Assembly (NCBI GenBank): GCA_003222395.1
Contig: QHWB01000030.1
Coordinates: 304,593-368,592 of the forward strand
Length of the DNA: 64,000 bases
DNA from: Acidobacteriota bacterium
GTDB taxonomy: Bacteria; Acidobacteriota; Vicinamibacteria; Vicinamibacterales; CAVVIG01
Direction: 5' to 3'
The notes under the pieces are model-generated. The model saw only the letters and a program-made list of their open reading frames with translations. It had not been told where the DNA came from and did not search any database. Both the position numbers and the translations under genes were made by a program. Shown here piece by piece: positions 1 to 9,519 of this stretch (the first letter of the stretch is position 1; each line of letters opens with the position of its first letter).

Positions 1-1463
1 GCGGACAGCGAATGGACCGCAACGTCCGGCCGACCACTCCTCGAGAGGTAGTGCGCCGCGACGGCCGGCGCGTCGGTGACCACGACCGCCGACGGCTCGG
101 CGATCGGTGCGATCGCTTCAATCGCTTCGCGCACCCCGTAGTCGTAGGTCTGTTCGGGGAATGCGGCCGCGCGCGGATCGGCGTCCGCGCCGATGGCGTT
201 CTGAAACAGCGAATAAAACGGCGCCGCGGTCTGCTGTGCCGCGGCCAGTCCTCCGAAGAACACCACGCCGCCAACCGTGGCAACTGTCACTCTGGTGGCA
301 ACGGTCAGCCACTGCTTGCGCAGGAGCCAGCCGATGCCCGAGACGAGGCCGACGGCGGCGATGAGATCGAGGGTCGCGAACATCGGCAGCGAATAGCGGA
401 GGAACTTCGCCGCCATCAGCGAGTACGGCACCAGCAGAAGCACCGCCAGCACGCGCAGCAGCACGAAGCCGCGCTCGTCGCGCCGTCGCACCATTTCGAT
501 CGCACCCGGGACGACCGCCGCGAGCACGACGAGCGGAACCTTCGTCGCCAGCAGACGCACGTAGAACGTCACCGGCACGCCGAGCGGCGACACCGGCACA
601 TCGGTCACGTACAAGGCGCCGGCGTACGAGTAGCCGTGATGCGCGAGCATGTCGCCGCGGACATACCCGGCGATATAGCGCCACGTCTCCGGCAACGCGA
701 TCGCCACGTTGGCAATCGCGAAGGCGGCGGCCATCGCACCGTAGTGGCGGAGGCGGTCCGGTTTGTTGGCGCCCGGCTCGCGATCGGTGAGGACGTTGAA
801 GAGCGCGTAGATGCCGAGGTAGTGCGGCATGTACTTCGACGCGAGCATCAGACCGAACGCTGCGCCGCTCGCCGTGTACCACCGCTGCGCCGCCACGACG
901 TCGGTGACACCGGCGCGTTTCGCGCGCTCGTAGCAGAACACGGCGAGCACGAAGAAGAACAGGAGGAGCGTGTCTTCCTTGCCGATGCGATTGATGGCGA
1001 TCGCGTTGACGTCGAATGCCCAGAGCGCCGACACGACGGCAGCGACCGCGTCGCCGAACAGCAGATCGGCGACGCCGAACAACCCGACCGTCGTTGCGGC
1101 GCCGGCGATCGCGTTCGGCAGCCGCAGCGCCGTCTCGAGCGACATCGCGCGAGGCTCTGGCGCGACGCGATTCCACGCCGCGGCGAGGTCGACGCTGCCC
1201 CACATCGCGAGCTTCATCAGCATCGGATGCTCGGCGTTGGCGCTGAAATGGCCGGCCCGGTACTGTTCGATGGCCGTGACTTTGTTGAGCTCGTCTTCGC
1301 TGAAGCCGTACGTCGACAGTCCGCTCACCCTGAAGGTGAACGCGAGCGTCGTCGCGATGGCGAGCACCACGATCTTCGTGCGGGTCCACGCGAACGTCAG
1401 CGGCAGGCTCGACGCGTCGGTCCAAGTCGCGGGACGTGTGGGCGTGTAGGTGGTGGCTGGCAT
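1..1463 (-). CDS. Glycosyltransferase family 39 / ArnT-PMT-like integral membrane glycosyltransferase (N-terminal part; gene runs off the left edge)
   Basis: My own translation of the minus frame from ATG 1463-1461. It is absent from the ORF track because no stop occurs before position 1. Sequence: MPATTYTPTRPATWTDASSLPLTFAWTRTKIVVLAIATTLAFTFRVSGLSTYGFSEDELNKVTAIEQYRAGHFSANAEHPMLMKLAMWG...GKEDTLLLFFFVLAVFCYERAK...VPLVVLAAVVPGAIEMV... It is multi-pass hydrophobic, with an acidic loop-1 (SEDE) and an EHPxLxK motif typical of GT-C/PMT_2 enzymes. Listed ORFs 12..1517(+) and 118..1425(-) are Arg-rich shadow frames. Confidence 0.75.
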   Translation of the reverse strand, partial: MPATTYTPTRPATWTDASSLPLTFAWTRTKIVVLAIATTLAFTFRVSGLSTYGFSEDELNKVTAIEQYRAGHFSANAEHPMLMKLAMWGSVDLAAAWNRVAPEPRAMSLETALRLPNAIAGAATTVGLFGVADLLFGDAVAAVVSALWAFDVNAIAINRIGKEDTLLLFFFVLAVFCYERAKRAGVTDVVAAQRWYTASGAAFGLMLASKYMPHYLGIYALFNVLTDREPGANKPDRLRHYGAMAAAFAIANVAIALPETWRYIAGYVRGDMLAHHGYSYAGALYVTDVPVSPLGVPVTFYVRLLATKVPLVVLAAVVPGAIEMVRRRDERGFVLLRVLAVLLLVPYSLMAAKFLRYSLPMFATLDLIAAVGLVSGIGWLLRKQWLTVATRVTVATVGGVVFFGGLAAAQQTAAPFYSLFQNAIGADADPRAAAFPEQTYDYGVREAIEAIAPIAEPSAVVVTDAPAVAAHYLSRSGRPDVAVHSLS

Positions 1464-1579
1464 GGCCGTCACCTGCAACGGCAAATGACGATCCACAGCG
1501 CCGCGCCAGCGGCGTGATCGAGGATCGATCGACGATTCAGGGAGTTCCGTGACTTTTGTCTGGCATCGCGATCGAAGGG

Positions 1580-1618
1580 GCGCACCAGGCGTGTGCGCAT
1601 CGGTGCGCATGGTGCGCA
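1580..1618 (+). promoter_or_regulatory. Candidate enhancer (UAS) for a sigma-54 activator: dyad GCGCAC-N7-GTGCGC plus two more GGTGCGCA half-sites
   Basis: Read directly: gcgcac(1580-1585)-caggcgt-gtgcgc(1593-1598), then ggtgcgca at 1602-1609 and 1611-1618. It lies 62-100 bp upstream of the -24 element at 1681, the usual geometry for EBP binding sites. Confidence 0.35.
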
Positions 1619-1679
1619 GCGCTACGCAGTCACTCGATCGCCGGGATCCGGTTTTCCGTCTGGTCTGCCATGCGGACGC

Positions 1680-1695
1680 TGGCGCGCAGCTTGCG
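1680..1695 (+). promoter_or_regulatory. Sigma-54 (-24/-12) promoter
   Basis: TGGCGCGCAGCTTGC matches the consensus TGGCACG-N4-TTGC at 10 of 11 specified positions, with exact GG-N10-GC spacing. It sits in a 245-bp intergenic region next to the only sigma-54 activator gene in the window. Confidence 0.6.
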
Positions 1696-1708
1696 AGTGA
1701 CTGCAGAC

Positions 1709-1939
1709 ATGTCTCAGAAAACGGTTCAACTCGTGATGGGCCGGCTGCTCACCGACGAAGACCTGCGGCTCCGATTCGTCGAGCGGCCGCGCGAGACGCT
1801 GGTGGATCTGCGCGACCAGGGCTACGAGCTGACCGCGGACGAAATCGATGCGTTGGTCCGGAGCGATCCAGGGGCCTGGCCGTCGATGGCGCGGCGGATC
1901 CATCCGCGGCTGCAGCGGTGCAGTCTTCGACACGCCTGA
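1709..1939 (+). CDS. Small hypothetical protein (76 aa), helical NHLP/Nif11-leader-like appearance; putative sigma-54 target
   Basis: This is the in-frame ATG at 1709 inside listed ORF 1556..1939. The upstream 51 codons are Cys/Arg/Ala-rich and overlap the promoter and UAS, so I reject them as coding. Product: MSQKTVQLVMGRLLTDEDLRLRFVERPRETLVDLRDQGYELTADEIDALVRSDPGAWPSMARRIHPRLQRCSLRHA. Met-10 (1736) is an alternative start. The family assignment is from memory only. Confidence 0.55.
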   Translation: MSQKTVQLVMGRLLTDEDLRLRFVERPRETLVDLRDQGYELTADEIDALVRSDPGAWPSMARRIHPRLQRCSLRHA

Positions 1940-1971
1940 TGTGCTTCGCGCGGCGCGGCGGATTCGTCGTG

Positions 1972-3495
1972 TCAATTCGCCGCGGGTTGTTCCAGCTCGT
2001 ACCTGCGCAGCCGCACGTAGAGCTGCGTCCGCGACAGTCCGAGACGTTTCGCCGCTTTTGATTTGTTCCAGCCGCAGTCGCGCATCACCTGTTCGATCGT
2101 GTCGCGCTCGACGAGGGGCAGGTTCGTCGTGGTCGCCGCCGGCGGCGGTTGCCGCCGCGGCTGCAGCGACAAGTGTGCCGCGCTGATCAGCCCGCCCTCG
2201 CACAGAATCGCCGCGCGCTCGAGCGCGTTGCGCAGCTCACGCACGTTGCCGGGCCAGTGGTGCCGCAGCAGCGCTTCGCGCGCGTCGCGCGTGAGGCCCG
2301 CCGGCGGCCGGCCGAACGATCGGCCGATCTCGTCGAGGAACGCTTCGCTCAGGTCGAGGATGTCGGCAGGACGTTCGCGCAGCGGCGCGATGCGGATGTC
2401 GAACACCTGCAGCCGGTAATAGAGATCCTCGCGAAAGTCGCCGCGCTCGACCGCCTTCTGCAGATCGCGGTTCGTCGCGGCAATCACGCGGACGTTCGCT
2501 TTCTGCAGCCGGACGCCGCCCAGGCGCTGGAACTCGCGCTCCTGCAGCACGCGCAGGAACTTCGCCTGCGCCGACGGGCTCATCTCGCTGACCTCGTCGA
2601 GGAACAGCACGCCGCCCATCGCGAGCTCGATCTGTCCCGGCTTGGCCTGCTGGGCGCCGGTGAACGCGCCTCGTTCGTAGCCGAACAACTCCGACTCGAG
2701 GAGCTGTTCGGGAAGCGCCGCGCAATTCAACGCGACGAAGGGACCGCCCCTTCGCGGCGACGCGCGATGAATGAATCGCGCGACGACTTCCTTGCCGGTT
2801 CCGGATTCGCCGCTGAGCAGAACCGTCGTCTCGGTCTCGGCGACCTGGGTCGCGCGCTTCAGGACGTCGTGCCACTGCGCCGACCGCCCGACGACGCGCG
2901 CGTGCTCGGCTCTGGCGTGGAGCTCCTGCGTCAGCGATTGCACGCGCGCCTCGAGCCGCTCGGCACGCGCCTGCGCGTCGGCAACCTGACGCGCCGCCTC
3001 GGCCAGCTGCTCGTGCGACACGGCCAGCGCCACGTGATCCGCGATCCGCCGGGCGACCGGCACGTCGTCTCGCGAGAACGCGCTGGTGTGCTTCGACCAG
3101 AACGCGAGCCCCATGTCCTGGTGGCGCGCGCGCGTCAGCACGACCAGAAGCGATCGGAATCCGGCCGCCACGATGCGCTCGCGCAGATCGACCGGCTCGA
3201 CGATCGGCAGCGTCGCCGTCGTGAAGTCGTCGATGATGACGAATCCTTCGTCGGGCTGCGAGTCGTCCGCTTTGATGAAGCGGGTCAGCCCCTTGAACTC
3301 GTCGGTCGACGCTGCCTCGATCAGAATCTGCCCGCCGCGATCGTGGAACATCATCGTCAGCAGATCGTGCGCGAGCACCTTGTTCGCGATCTCGGATACC
3401 TGTGGAAACACGTCCCGGATGTCGAGCACGGCGGCGATTGTCCGCAGCAGCTCTACGGAGTTGTCGATGGCGGCAGTGCAGTCAGCGGTCGGCAC
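1972..3495 (-). CDS. Sigma-54-dependent Fis-family transcriptional activator (GAF - AAA+ - HTH)
   Basis: Walker A GESGTGKE, sigma-54 contact loop [15 protein letters not shown], and C-terminal Fis-type [28 protein letters not shown]. The N-terminal ~170 aa is GAF-like. The GTG start lies 2 nt after the TolC-family stop. Confidence 0.93.
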   Translation of the reverse strand: MPTADCTAAIDNSVELLRTIAAVLDIRDVFPQVSEIANKVLAHDLLTMMFHDRGGQILIEAASTDEFKGLTRFIKADDSQPDEGFVIIDDFTTATLPIVEPVDLRERIVAAGFRSLLVVLTRARHQDMGLAFWSKHTSAFSRDDVPVARRIADHVALAVSHEQLAEAARQVADAQARAERLEARVQSLTQELHARAEHARVVGRSAQWHDVLKRATQVAETETTVLLSGESGTGKEVVARFIHRASPRRGGPFVALNCAALPEQLLESELFGYERGAFTGAQQAKPGQIELAMGGVLFLDEVSEMSPSAQAKFLRVLQEREFQRLGGVRLQKANVRVIAATNRDLQKAVERGDFREDLYYRLQVFDIRIAPLRERPADILDLSEAFLDEIGRSFGRPPAGLTRDAREALLRHHWPGNVRELRNALERAAILCEGGLISAAHLSLQPRRQPPPAATTTNLPLVERDTIEQVMRDCGWNKSKAAKRLGLSRTQLYVRLRRYELEQPAAN

Positions 3496-3497
3496 GG

Positions 3498-5189
3498 TCA
3501 GAATCCAGTGCCGGCGCCCGGCCGAAAGAGGCCGCGCGGTGCGGGCGTCGGCAGCGGCATCACGTTCGATCCCTGGAGTGCGATCGACTCACCGGCCGTC
3601 AGCGGAGGCGCGAGCTGAAGCGCCTCGAAGTTGACGAGCGACGATTGATATTCGAGCGTCGCCTGCAGCAGGCTGACCTGTGCCTGCAGCAGATCGCGCT
3701 GCGCCTGCGTGACGAGAAAGCTCGTCGAAAGTCCCGCTTCGTACCGCCGCTGCTCGTCGCGCGATCGCTCGGCGGCCAGCGCAGCGCCGGCGCGCGCCGC
3801 ATCCTCGCGCTCGGCCGTGCTGCGAATCTGACGCGCCGCCTGCCGCAGCGCCGCGGCGACGTCGAGCTGCAGGCTCGCGACGCGCGCGGCTGCCTGCCGC
3901 CGCTCGACGCCAGCGCGCACCGCGCTCAGCTCTTCGTAGCTGTGCCCGAGCGGATAGCTCACGGTAAGGCCGAAGCTCCACGTCGGGTAATCGCGTCCGA
4001 AGACCTGGCCGAGCACGTCGCCAAACCCGGAGTCGGCGCGCCCCGTGATGACACCCGGGAACACGCCGGTGCGCAGCAGCTGCGATCCGCCGAGCCCGCT
4101 GCCGCGATACGACGTCTCGAGTCGAACGTCGGGCAGTTTCTGGTTTCCGAAATACTCGACGCTCGTGGCCGCGTTCGCCACCTCGTTTCGCGCGCGCGCC
4201 ACGTCATAGCGTCCGTCGATCGCCTTTGCCACGATGGCGTCGAGATCGGGAAGCGGATCGCGACCGGCCGGCTCGTCGGCCGGATCGATGCGGACCTGCC
4301 AGAAGGAGGCGTCGTGCGGATCCATGATCAGACGGCGCAGACGATCTTCGCCGTCCTCTGCGGCGGCGCGGGCGCGAATCAGGCCTTCGCGTCGATCGGC
4401 GACCTCGGCCTCGACCTGCACCAGATCGAGCGGCGGCGCCTGGCCGACGCGAACACGGACCTCGTTCTCCTTGGCGAGCTTCTGCGCCAGATCGAGCGAG
4501 CTCTCCTGCAGCGTGACGTTGGCCCGCAGCGCCTTCAACGTCCAATACGCCTGCTTGACCGACGCCACCGTCTGGACGACCGATTCGCGAAAGCGGAATT
4601 CGGAGCTTTCCTGGTTCCGCTTCGCGATGACGATCTGCTGACGTGCGGCATCGATCTTCCGATCGCGCAGCAGCGGCTGGGAGAACGCGAACTGAACGCC
4701 CGACTGGACGCTCGGATCGAAGCTGTTCAGCGGGCTGTTGCTCGTCGTTCGAGCGGCATCCCACGAGACGCTCCAGGTTCCCGATCCCCACGGCACGCGC
4801 TGGCGGACACCGGTCGACGAAAACCAATCGCGCGTATCGACGCCGCTCGTGCCGAGCAGGAAATTCGACGGCGGCGTGACGGTGCTCGATCGGCCCAGCG
4901 TCGTCGAGAATACCGGCGCGTAGGCGCTCTCGCTCGCGCCGACCTGCGCGGCCTCGACCTCGGTGCCGAGCCGGACGATCGAGAGTTCCGGGTTGTGGTC
5001 GATCGCCCGCCGAACAGCGTCCTCGAGCGTGAGGGTCAGAGCGGGCGCCGGACTTGGTGTCAGAGTCGGGATCGGAGTCGGTGCCGGACTCGGTGTTAGA
5101 GTCGGAGTCGGACCGGCAGTCTGACTCCGAAGCGGACTGGCGGTCATGAGCACGGCCGCGACCGCAACGATGGTTGCACGTTTGATCAT
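3498..5189 (-). CDS. TolC-family outer membrane efflux protein
   Basis: 563 aa with a signal peptide ([23 protein letters not shown]). It has a two-fold repeated OEP-type helical/beta pattern and ends a tripartite efflux operon. A P/T-rich linker follows the signal peptide. Confidence 0.88.
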   Translation of the reverse strand: MIKRATIVAVAAVLMTASPLRSQTAGPTPTLTPSPAPTPIPTLTPSPAPALTLTLEDAVRRAIDHNPELSIVRLGTEVEAAQVGASESAYAPVFSTTLGRSSTVTPPSNFLLGTSGVDTRDWFSSTGVRQRVPWGSGTWSVSWDAARTTSNSPLNSFDPSVQSGVQFAFSQPLLRDRKIDAARQQIVIAKRNQESSEFRFRESVVQTVASVKQAYWTLKALRANVTLQESSLDLAQKLAKENEVRVRVGQAPPLDLVQVEAEVADRREGLIRARAAAEDGEDRLRRLIMDPHDASFWQVRIDPADEPAGRDPLPDLDAIVAKAIDGRYDVARARNEVANAATSVEYFGNQKLPDVRLETSYRGSGLGGSQLLRTGVFPGVITGRADSGFGDVLGQVFGRDYPTWSFGLTVSYPLGHSYEELSAVRAGVERRQAAARVASLQLDVAAALRQAARQIRSTAEREDAARAGAALAAERSRDEQRRYEAGLSTSFLVTQAQRDLLQAQVSLLQATLEYQSSLVNFEALQLAPPLTAGESIALQGSNVMPLPTPAPRGLFRPGAGTGF

Positions 5190-8100
5190 GACGCCTCCGC
5201 GAACTCTGGAACTCGAACCGCTCGCTCCGTCTCGCGAATGACCGCGGTATGCGTCCGCGCGACGAGCACGTAAATCGAGGGCACGACGAACAACGTGAAC
5301 ACGGTGCCGATGACCATGCCGGTCACGAGCATGATGCCGATGCTGTTGCGCGCGCCGGCGCCCGGACCGGTCGCGAGCACGAGCGGAAAATGACCGACGA
5401 CCGTCGCGGCCGTCGTCATCAGAATCGGCCGCAACCGCGTCGCGGCTGCCTCGATGACCGCCGCGAGCTTGTCCTTCCCCGACTCCTGCAGCTGATTCGC
5501 AAACTGCACGATGAGGATGCCGTTCTTCGACACCAGGCCGACGAGCGTAATCAACCCGACCTGACTGTAGATGTTGAGCGTCGTCAGCCCGAGGAACGAG
5601 AACATCAGCGCGCCGGACACTGCGAGAGGCACCGAGCCGGCGAGGATGATGAACGGATCGCGGAAGCTCTCGAACTGCGCCGCGAGCACGAGATAGATCA
5701 GCACCGCCGAGAGCAGGAACGTGCCGAGGAACTTGCTCCCTTCAGTCCTGAGCTGCCGCGATTCGCCGGCGTAGTCGATGTTGAATCCCTGCGGCAGGAT
5801 CGACTTCGCCTCCGTTTCCAGGAACGTGAGCGCTTTGTCGAGCGGCACCGGCGGCGGGATGACGCCCTGGATGCGGACCGCGTTCAGCTGCTGAAACTTC
5901 TTCAGCTCGCGCGGCTCGGTGGTCGTCCGCAGCGTCGCGAACGTCGACAACGGCACGAGCTTGTCCTGGGAGCCGGTGACGTAGATCTGCGACAACTGAT
6001 CCGGCGTCAGACGTTCGACCCGCGCCACCTGTGGGATGACCTTGTAGCTGCGTCCCTGGATGCTGAATCGATTGACGTAGTTTGCGCCGAGCAGCGCCGA
6101 CAGATCGCGGCCGGCCTGACTGAGATCGACCCCCTGCGACCGAAGCTTGTCGCGGTCGAAGACGATCTCGACCTGCGGCTGATCGAACTTGAGATCCGCG
6201 TCGGCGAAGATGAAGAGACCGCTCGCAAACGCCTTCTTCACGAGCTGATCTGCCAACTCGCTCAGTCGCTCCGGCTCGGCTGCCGACGCGATCACGAGAT
6301 CGACCGGGAAGCTGCCGCCGCCTGGCAACGGCGGCGGCGCCTGCGGAACGACGCGCACGCCGGCGATCTTCGACAGTGGGGCCATCGACTCCATCAGCAG
6401 CTGCCGCGTCGTCTTGGTCCGCTGACTCCACGGCTTCGTCGTCATCCCGCCGAAGCCGCCGTTGGGAAACGTGATCTGGAAGATGCTGCCGCTCTCGGGA
6501 AACGATCGATACACGTCGTGAATCTGATCGGCGAACAGCTTCGTTTGATCGAGCGTCGAGTTCGCCGACGCCTGCACGAATCCGAAGAAGAAGCCCTGAT
6601 CCTCGTATGGAGCGAGCTCCTGCTGGGAGAACAGGTAGAACGGCACGATGAGGAGCGCGACGATGATCCAGACGGCGAGCACGACGGGCCGGTAACGAAG
6701 CGTCGCCCTCAGCGATCGTGTGTAGCCGCGCCGCACGCTGTCGAACCGGCGGTTGATCCAGCCGGCGAAGCCGCGCTCCGTATCGCCGGTACGCAGTAAC
6801 TTCGCCCCCATCATGGGCGACAGCGTCAGCGCGACCACGCCAGAGACGAGGACGGCCCCCGCAAGCGTCAGCGCGAACTCACGGAACAGCGATCCGGTCA
6901 ATCCACCCTGGATCGCAACCGGCGTGTACACGGCGGCCAGCGTGATCGTCATCGCGATGATCGGCCCGACGAGCTCGCGTGCTGCGTCGATGGCCGCCTG
7001 CACGGGCCGCTTGCCCTGGTGCAAGTGACGCTCGACGTTCTCCACCATCACGATCGCGTCGTCGACGACGAGACCGACGGAGAGCACGATGGCGAGGAGC
7101 GTCAGCAGGTTCACGGTGAACCCGGCGACCAGCATCAGGAACACCGCGCCGACGAGCGACACCGGAATCGCGACGACCGGAATGAGCACCGATCGGAACG
7201 AGCCGAGGAACAGGAAGATGACAACGATGACGATGAGCAGCGTCTCGGTCAGCGTCCTGAGCACTTCGTTGATCGCATCCTTGATGTACTCGGTGGAGTC
7301 GTACGGAACACCGACCTTCATGCCCGCCGGCAGCTGCGCCCGGATCTGCGGAATCGCCTCCCGCACCTGGCCGATCACTTCAAGGGTGTTGGCCGCAGGC
7401 AGCACCCACACGCCCATGAACGTGGCGGACTGGCCGTTGAACCGCACGTCCTGTTCGTAGTTCTCGGCGCCGAGGACGACGTCGGCGATTTCGCCGAGCC
7501 GCACGATCACGCCGTCCTGCTCCTTGACGACGAGCTGGCGGAATTCCTCGGCGGTCCGCAGGTCGGTGTTGGCCACGAGATTCACCGACACCATCGATCC
7601 CTTCGTCCGCCCGAGCGCCGAGAGATAGTTGTTCCGCGCCAGCGCGTCGCGGACCGCCGAGGGCGCGATGCCGAGCGCCGCCATCCGGTCCGGTTTCAGC
7701 CAGATCCGCATGGCGAACGTGCGCGCGCCGAGAATGTCGGCGCGCTGGACGCCGCTGATCGCGCTCAGCTTCGGCTGGACGACGCGCGTCAGATAGTCGG
7801 TAATCTGATTCGGATCGAGATCGTCGGACGAGAAGCCGAGATAGATCGACGCGAACTGGTTGTCGGCCGTCTGGAGATCGATGATCGGCGCCTCGGCCTC
7901 CGGCGGCAGATCGTTGCGCACCTGCGCGACCTTCGCCTGGATCTGCGTGAGCGCGGCATTGGTGTCGTAATTCAGCTTCAGGTGGACGGTGATCGTGCTG
8001 AGCGCCTGCGCGCTCGACGATTCCATGTAGTCGATGCCGTCGGCGCTGGCGATCACGCGCTCGAGCGGCGTCGTGATGAATCCGCGCACGAGATCGGCGT

Positions 8101-8263
8101 TCGCACCGACGTACACCGTCGAGACCGTGACGACGGCGATGTCGCTGCGCGGGTACTGCCGTACGCTGAGCGAGCGGATCGACTGCAGTCCCGCGATGAG
8201 GATGACGAGATTGACGACGATCGCGAGGACCGGCCGCTTGACGAAAATATCGGTGAGCTTCAT
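5186..8263 (-). CDS. RND efflux transporter permease (AcrB/HAE1-like)
   Basis: 1025 aa. The N-terminus MKLTDIFVKRPVLAIVVNLVILIAGLQSIRSLSVRQYP is typical of AcrB-family pumps. It shows a 12-TM pattern with two large periplasmic loops and a 4-nt overlap with the TolC-family gene. Confidence 0.95.
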   Translation of the reverse strand: MKLTDIFVKRPVLAIVVNLVILIAGLQSIRSLSVRQYPRSDIAVVTVSTVYVGANADLVRGFITTPLERVIASADGIDYMESSSAQALSTITVHLKLNYDTNAALTQIQAKVAQVRNDLPPEAEAPIIDLQTADNQFASIYLGFSSDDLDPNQITDYLTRVVQPKLSAISGVQRADILGARTFAMRIWLKPDRMAALGIAPSAVRDALARNNYLSALGRTKGSMVSVNLVANTDLRTAEEFRQLVVKEQDGVIVRLGEIADVVLGAENYEQDVRFNGQSATFMGVWVLPAANTLEVIGQVREAIPQIRAQLPAGMKVGVPYDSTEYIKDAINEVLRTLTETLLIVIVVIFLFLGSFRSVLIPVVAIPVSLVGAVFLMLVAGFTVNLLTLLAIVLSVGLVVDDAIVMVENVERHLHQGKRPVQAAIDAARELVGPIIAMTITLAAVYTPVAIQGGLTGSLFREFALTLAGAVLVSGVVALTLSPMMGAKLLRTGDTERGFAGWINRRFDSVRRGYTRSLRATLRYRPVVLAVWIIVALLIVPFYLFSQQELAPYEDQGFFFGFVQASANSTLDQTKLFADQIHDVYRSFPESGSIFQITFPNGGFGGMTTKPWSQRTKTTRQLLMESMAPLSKIAGVRVVPQAPPPLPGGGSFPVDLVIASAAEPERLSELADQLVKKAFASGLFIFADADLKFDQPQVEIVFDRDKLRSQGVDLSQAGRDLSALLGANYVNRFSIQGRSYKVIPQVARVERLTPDQLSQIYVTGSQDKLVPLSTFATLRTTTEPRELKKFQQLNAVRIQGVIPPPVPLDKALTFLETEAKSILPQGFNIDYAGESRQLRTEGSKFLGTFLLSAVLIYLVLAAQFESFRDPFIILAGSVPLAVSGALMFSFLGLTTLNIYSQVGLITLVGLVSKNGILIVQFANQLQESGKDKLAAVIEAAATRLRPILMTTAATVVGHFPLVLATGPGAGARNSIGIMLVTGMVIGTVFTLFVVPSIYVLVARTHTAVIRETERAVRVPEFAEAS

Positions 8264-9390
8264 CAGCTGTTCTCAGGTCTCGGCTTCGGGCTGTTGGCCG
8301 GCCGGATTTTGTTGTTGACGAGGACCGCCGCGCCGTTGCGCAGCTTGAAGACGCCGGAGGTGACGACTTCGTCGCCCGCCTTCAGGCCCGACACGACCGA
8401 AATCTGATCGCCGCGCGAGGGGCCGACTTTCACGAACTGCTGGCGCACCCCTCGATACGATTTGCCGCCCTGATCCTTCAGATCGGCGACCACGAAGACC
8501 GAGTCGCCGTACGGCGCGTAGCTGATCGCCGACGCAGGCAGCGAAATCACCGTACTGGCCGCGGCCAGCGTGACTTCCGTCTGCACGAACATCCCCGGCC
8601 GCAGCTTGCCGTCCGGATTCGCGAGCGTCGCCTGGGCCTGCACGTTGCGGGTCGACTCGTCGACGACGGAATCGATCGCCGTGATGCGCCCGGTGAATCC
8701 GGCGCCGGCGACGTCTCCGGCCGTGACGTGGACGCTCCTGCCCGCCCGCACCTCGGTCATCGCCTGCTGCGGCACGCCGAAGTTGACGTAGATCGGATTG
8801 AGCGACTGCAGCGTCACGAGCGCGTCGCCGCCCGACAGGTACTGTCCGAGATTGACGCGGCGGATGCCGAGCAGTCCCGAGAACGGCGCGCGAATGGTCT
8901 TGCGCTCGATCGTCGCGCGGATCTCGCCGACGCGGGCGTCGCTCTGACGGGAGTCCGCGGTCGCGCGATCGAACTCCGCGCGTGAGATCACCCGCTCGTC
9001 GAGCAGCCCCTGCATCCGCTCGAAATTCAGGCGCGCGAGCTCGCGCTGGGCTTCGGCCGCCGCCAGCTGCGCCTGTTCCTGACGCGTGTCGAGCAGCGCG
9101 AGCACCTCGCCTTCGCGAACCGACCTGCCTGAATCGAAGCCGATCCTGTCGACGGTTCCGGGCAGATCCGCGCTCACCGTCACGCCCTGCACCGCCGCGA
9201 TGGTGCCGATCGCACTCAACGTCGACGGCCACTGCTCCTGCGCCGCAACGATCGTCGTCACCGCTTCGGGCGGCGGTTGAAACGCCGCCGCCTGCCCGAT
9301 GGCGGTTTGAATCTGTCTGAACTTCACGAACCCGAGGGCCGCGACGAACATCGCCGTCACGGCCAACATCACTATCATCCGTTTCGCCAT
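8263..9390 (-). CDS. RND efflux periplasmic adaptor (membrane fusion protein, HlyD/AcrA family)
   Basis: 375 aa with an N-terminal anchor, a coiled-coil hairpin (QEQAQLAAAEAQRELARLNFERMQGL) and beta-barrel segments. SD AAAGAGGAG lies upstream. It is the first gene of the operon. Confidence 0.9.
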   Translation of the reverse strand: MAKRMIVMLAVTAMFVAALGFVKFRQIQTAIGQAAAFQPPPEAVTTIVAAQEQWPSTLSAIGTIAAVQGVTVSADLPGTVDRIGFDSGRSVREGEVLALLDTRQEQAQLAAAEAQRELARLNFERMQGLLDERVISRAEFDRATADSRQSDARVGEIRATIERKTIRAPFSGLLGIRRVNLGQYLSGGDALVTLQSLNPIYVNFGVPQQAMTEVRAGRSVHVTAGDVAGAGFTGRITAIDSVVDESTRNVQAQATLANPDGKLRPGMFVQTEVTLAAASTVISLPASAISYAPYGDSVFVVADLKDQGGKSYRGVRQQFVKVGPSRGDQISVVSGLKAGDEVVTSGVFKLRNGAAVLVNNKIRPANSPKPRPENS

Positions 9391-9519
9391 GCGCTCCTCT
9401 TTACACCGTTGTTATCTTTCCGCTCGATGCCTCTGAAGGATTGACGAACGGCACTCGCGGAAATCGACAAGGGCGACCCTCACTTTCGTTCCTCGTATGA
9501 CGCGCGCGCAATCAGGCAG

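Noticed and set aside
3402-5099. Long listed ORFs antisense to, or out of frame with, recognisable genes. Examples: 12..1517+, 2149..3618+, 3402..5099+, 10871..12379-, 22868..24595-, 33875..35617-, 55521..57539-, 58670..60352- and 45335..47356-.
   Set aside because: Their translations are Arg/Ala/Gly/Pro-rich with no motifs. Each lies opposite a gene with clear family signatures. These are the typical shadow ORFs of high-GC DNA.
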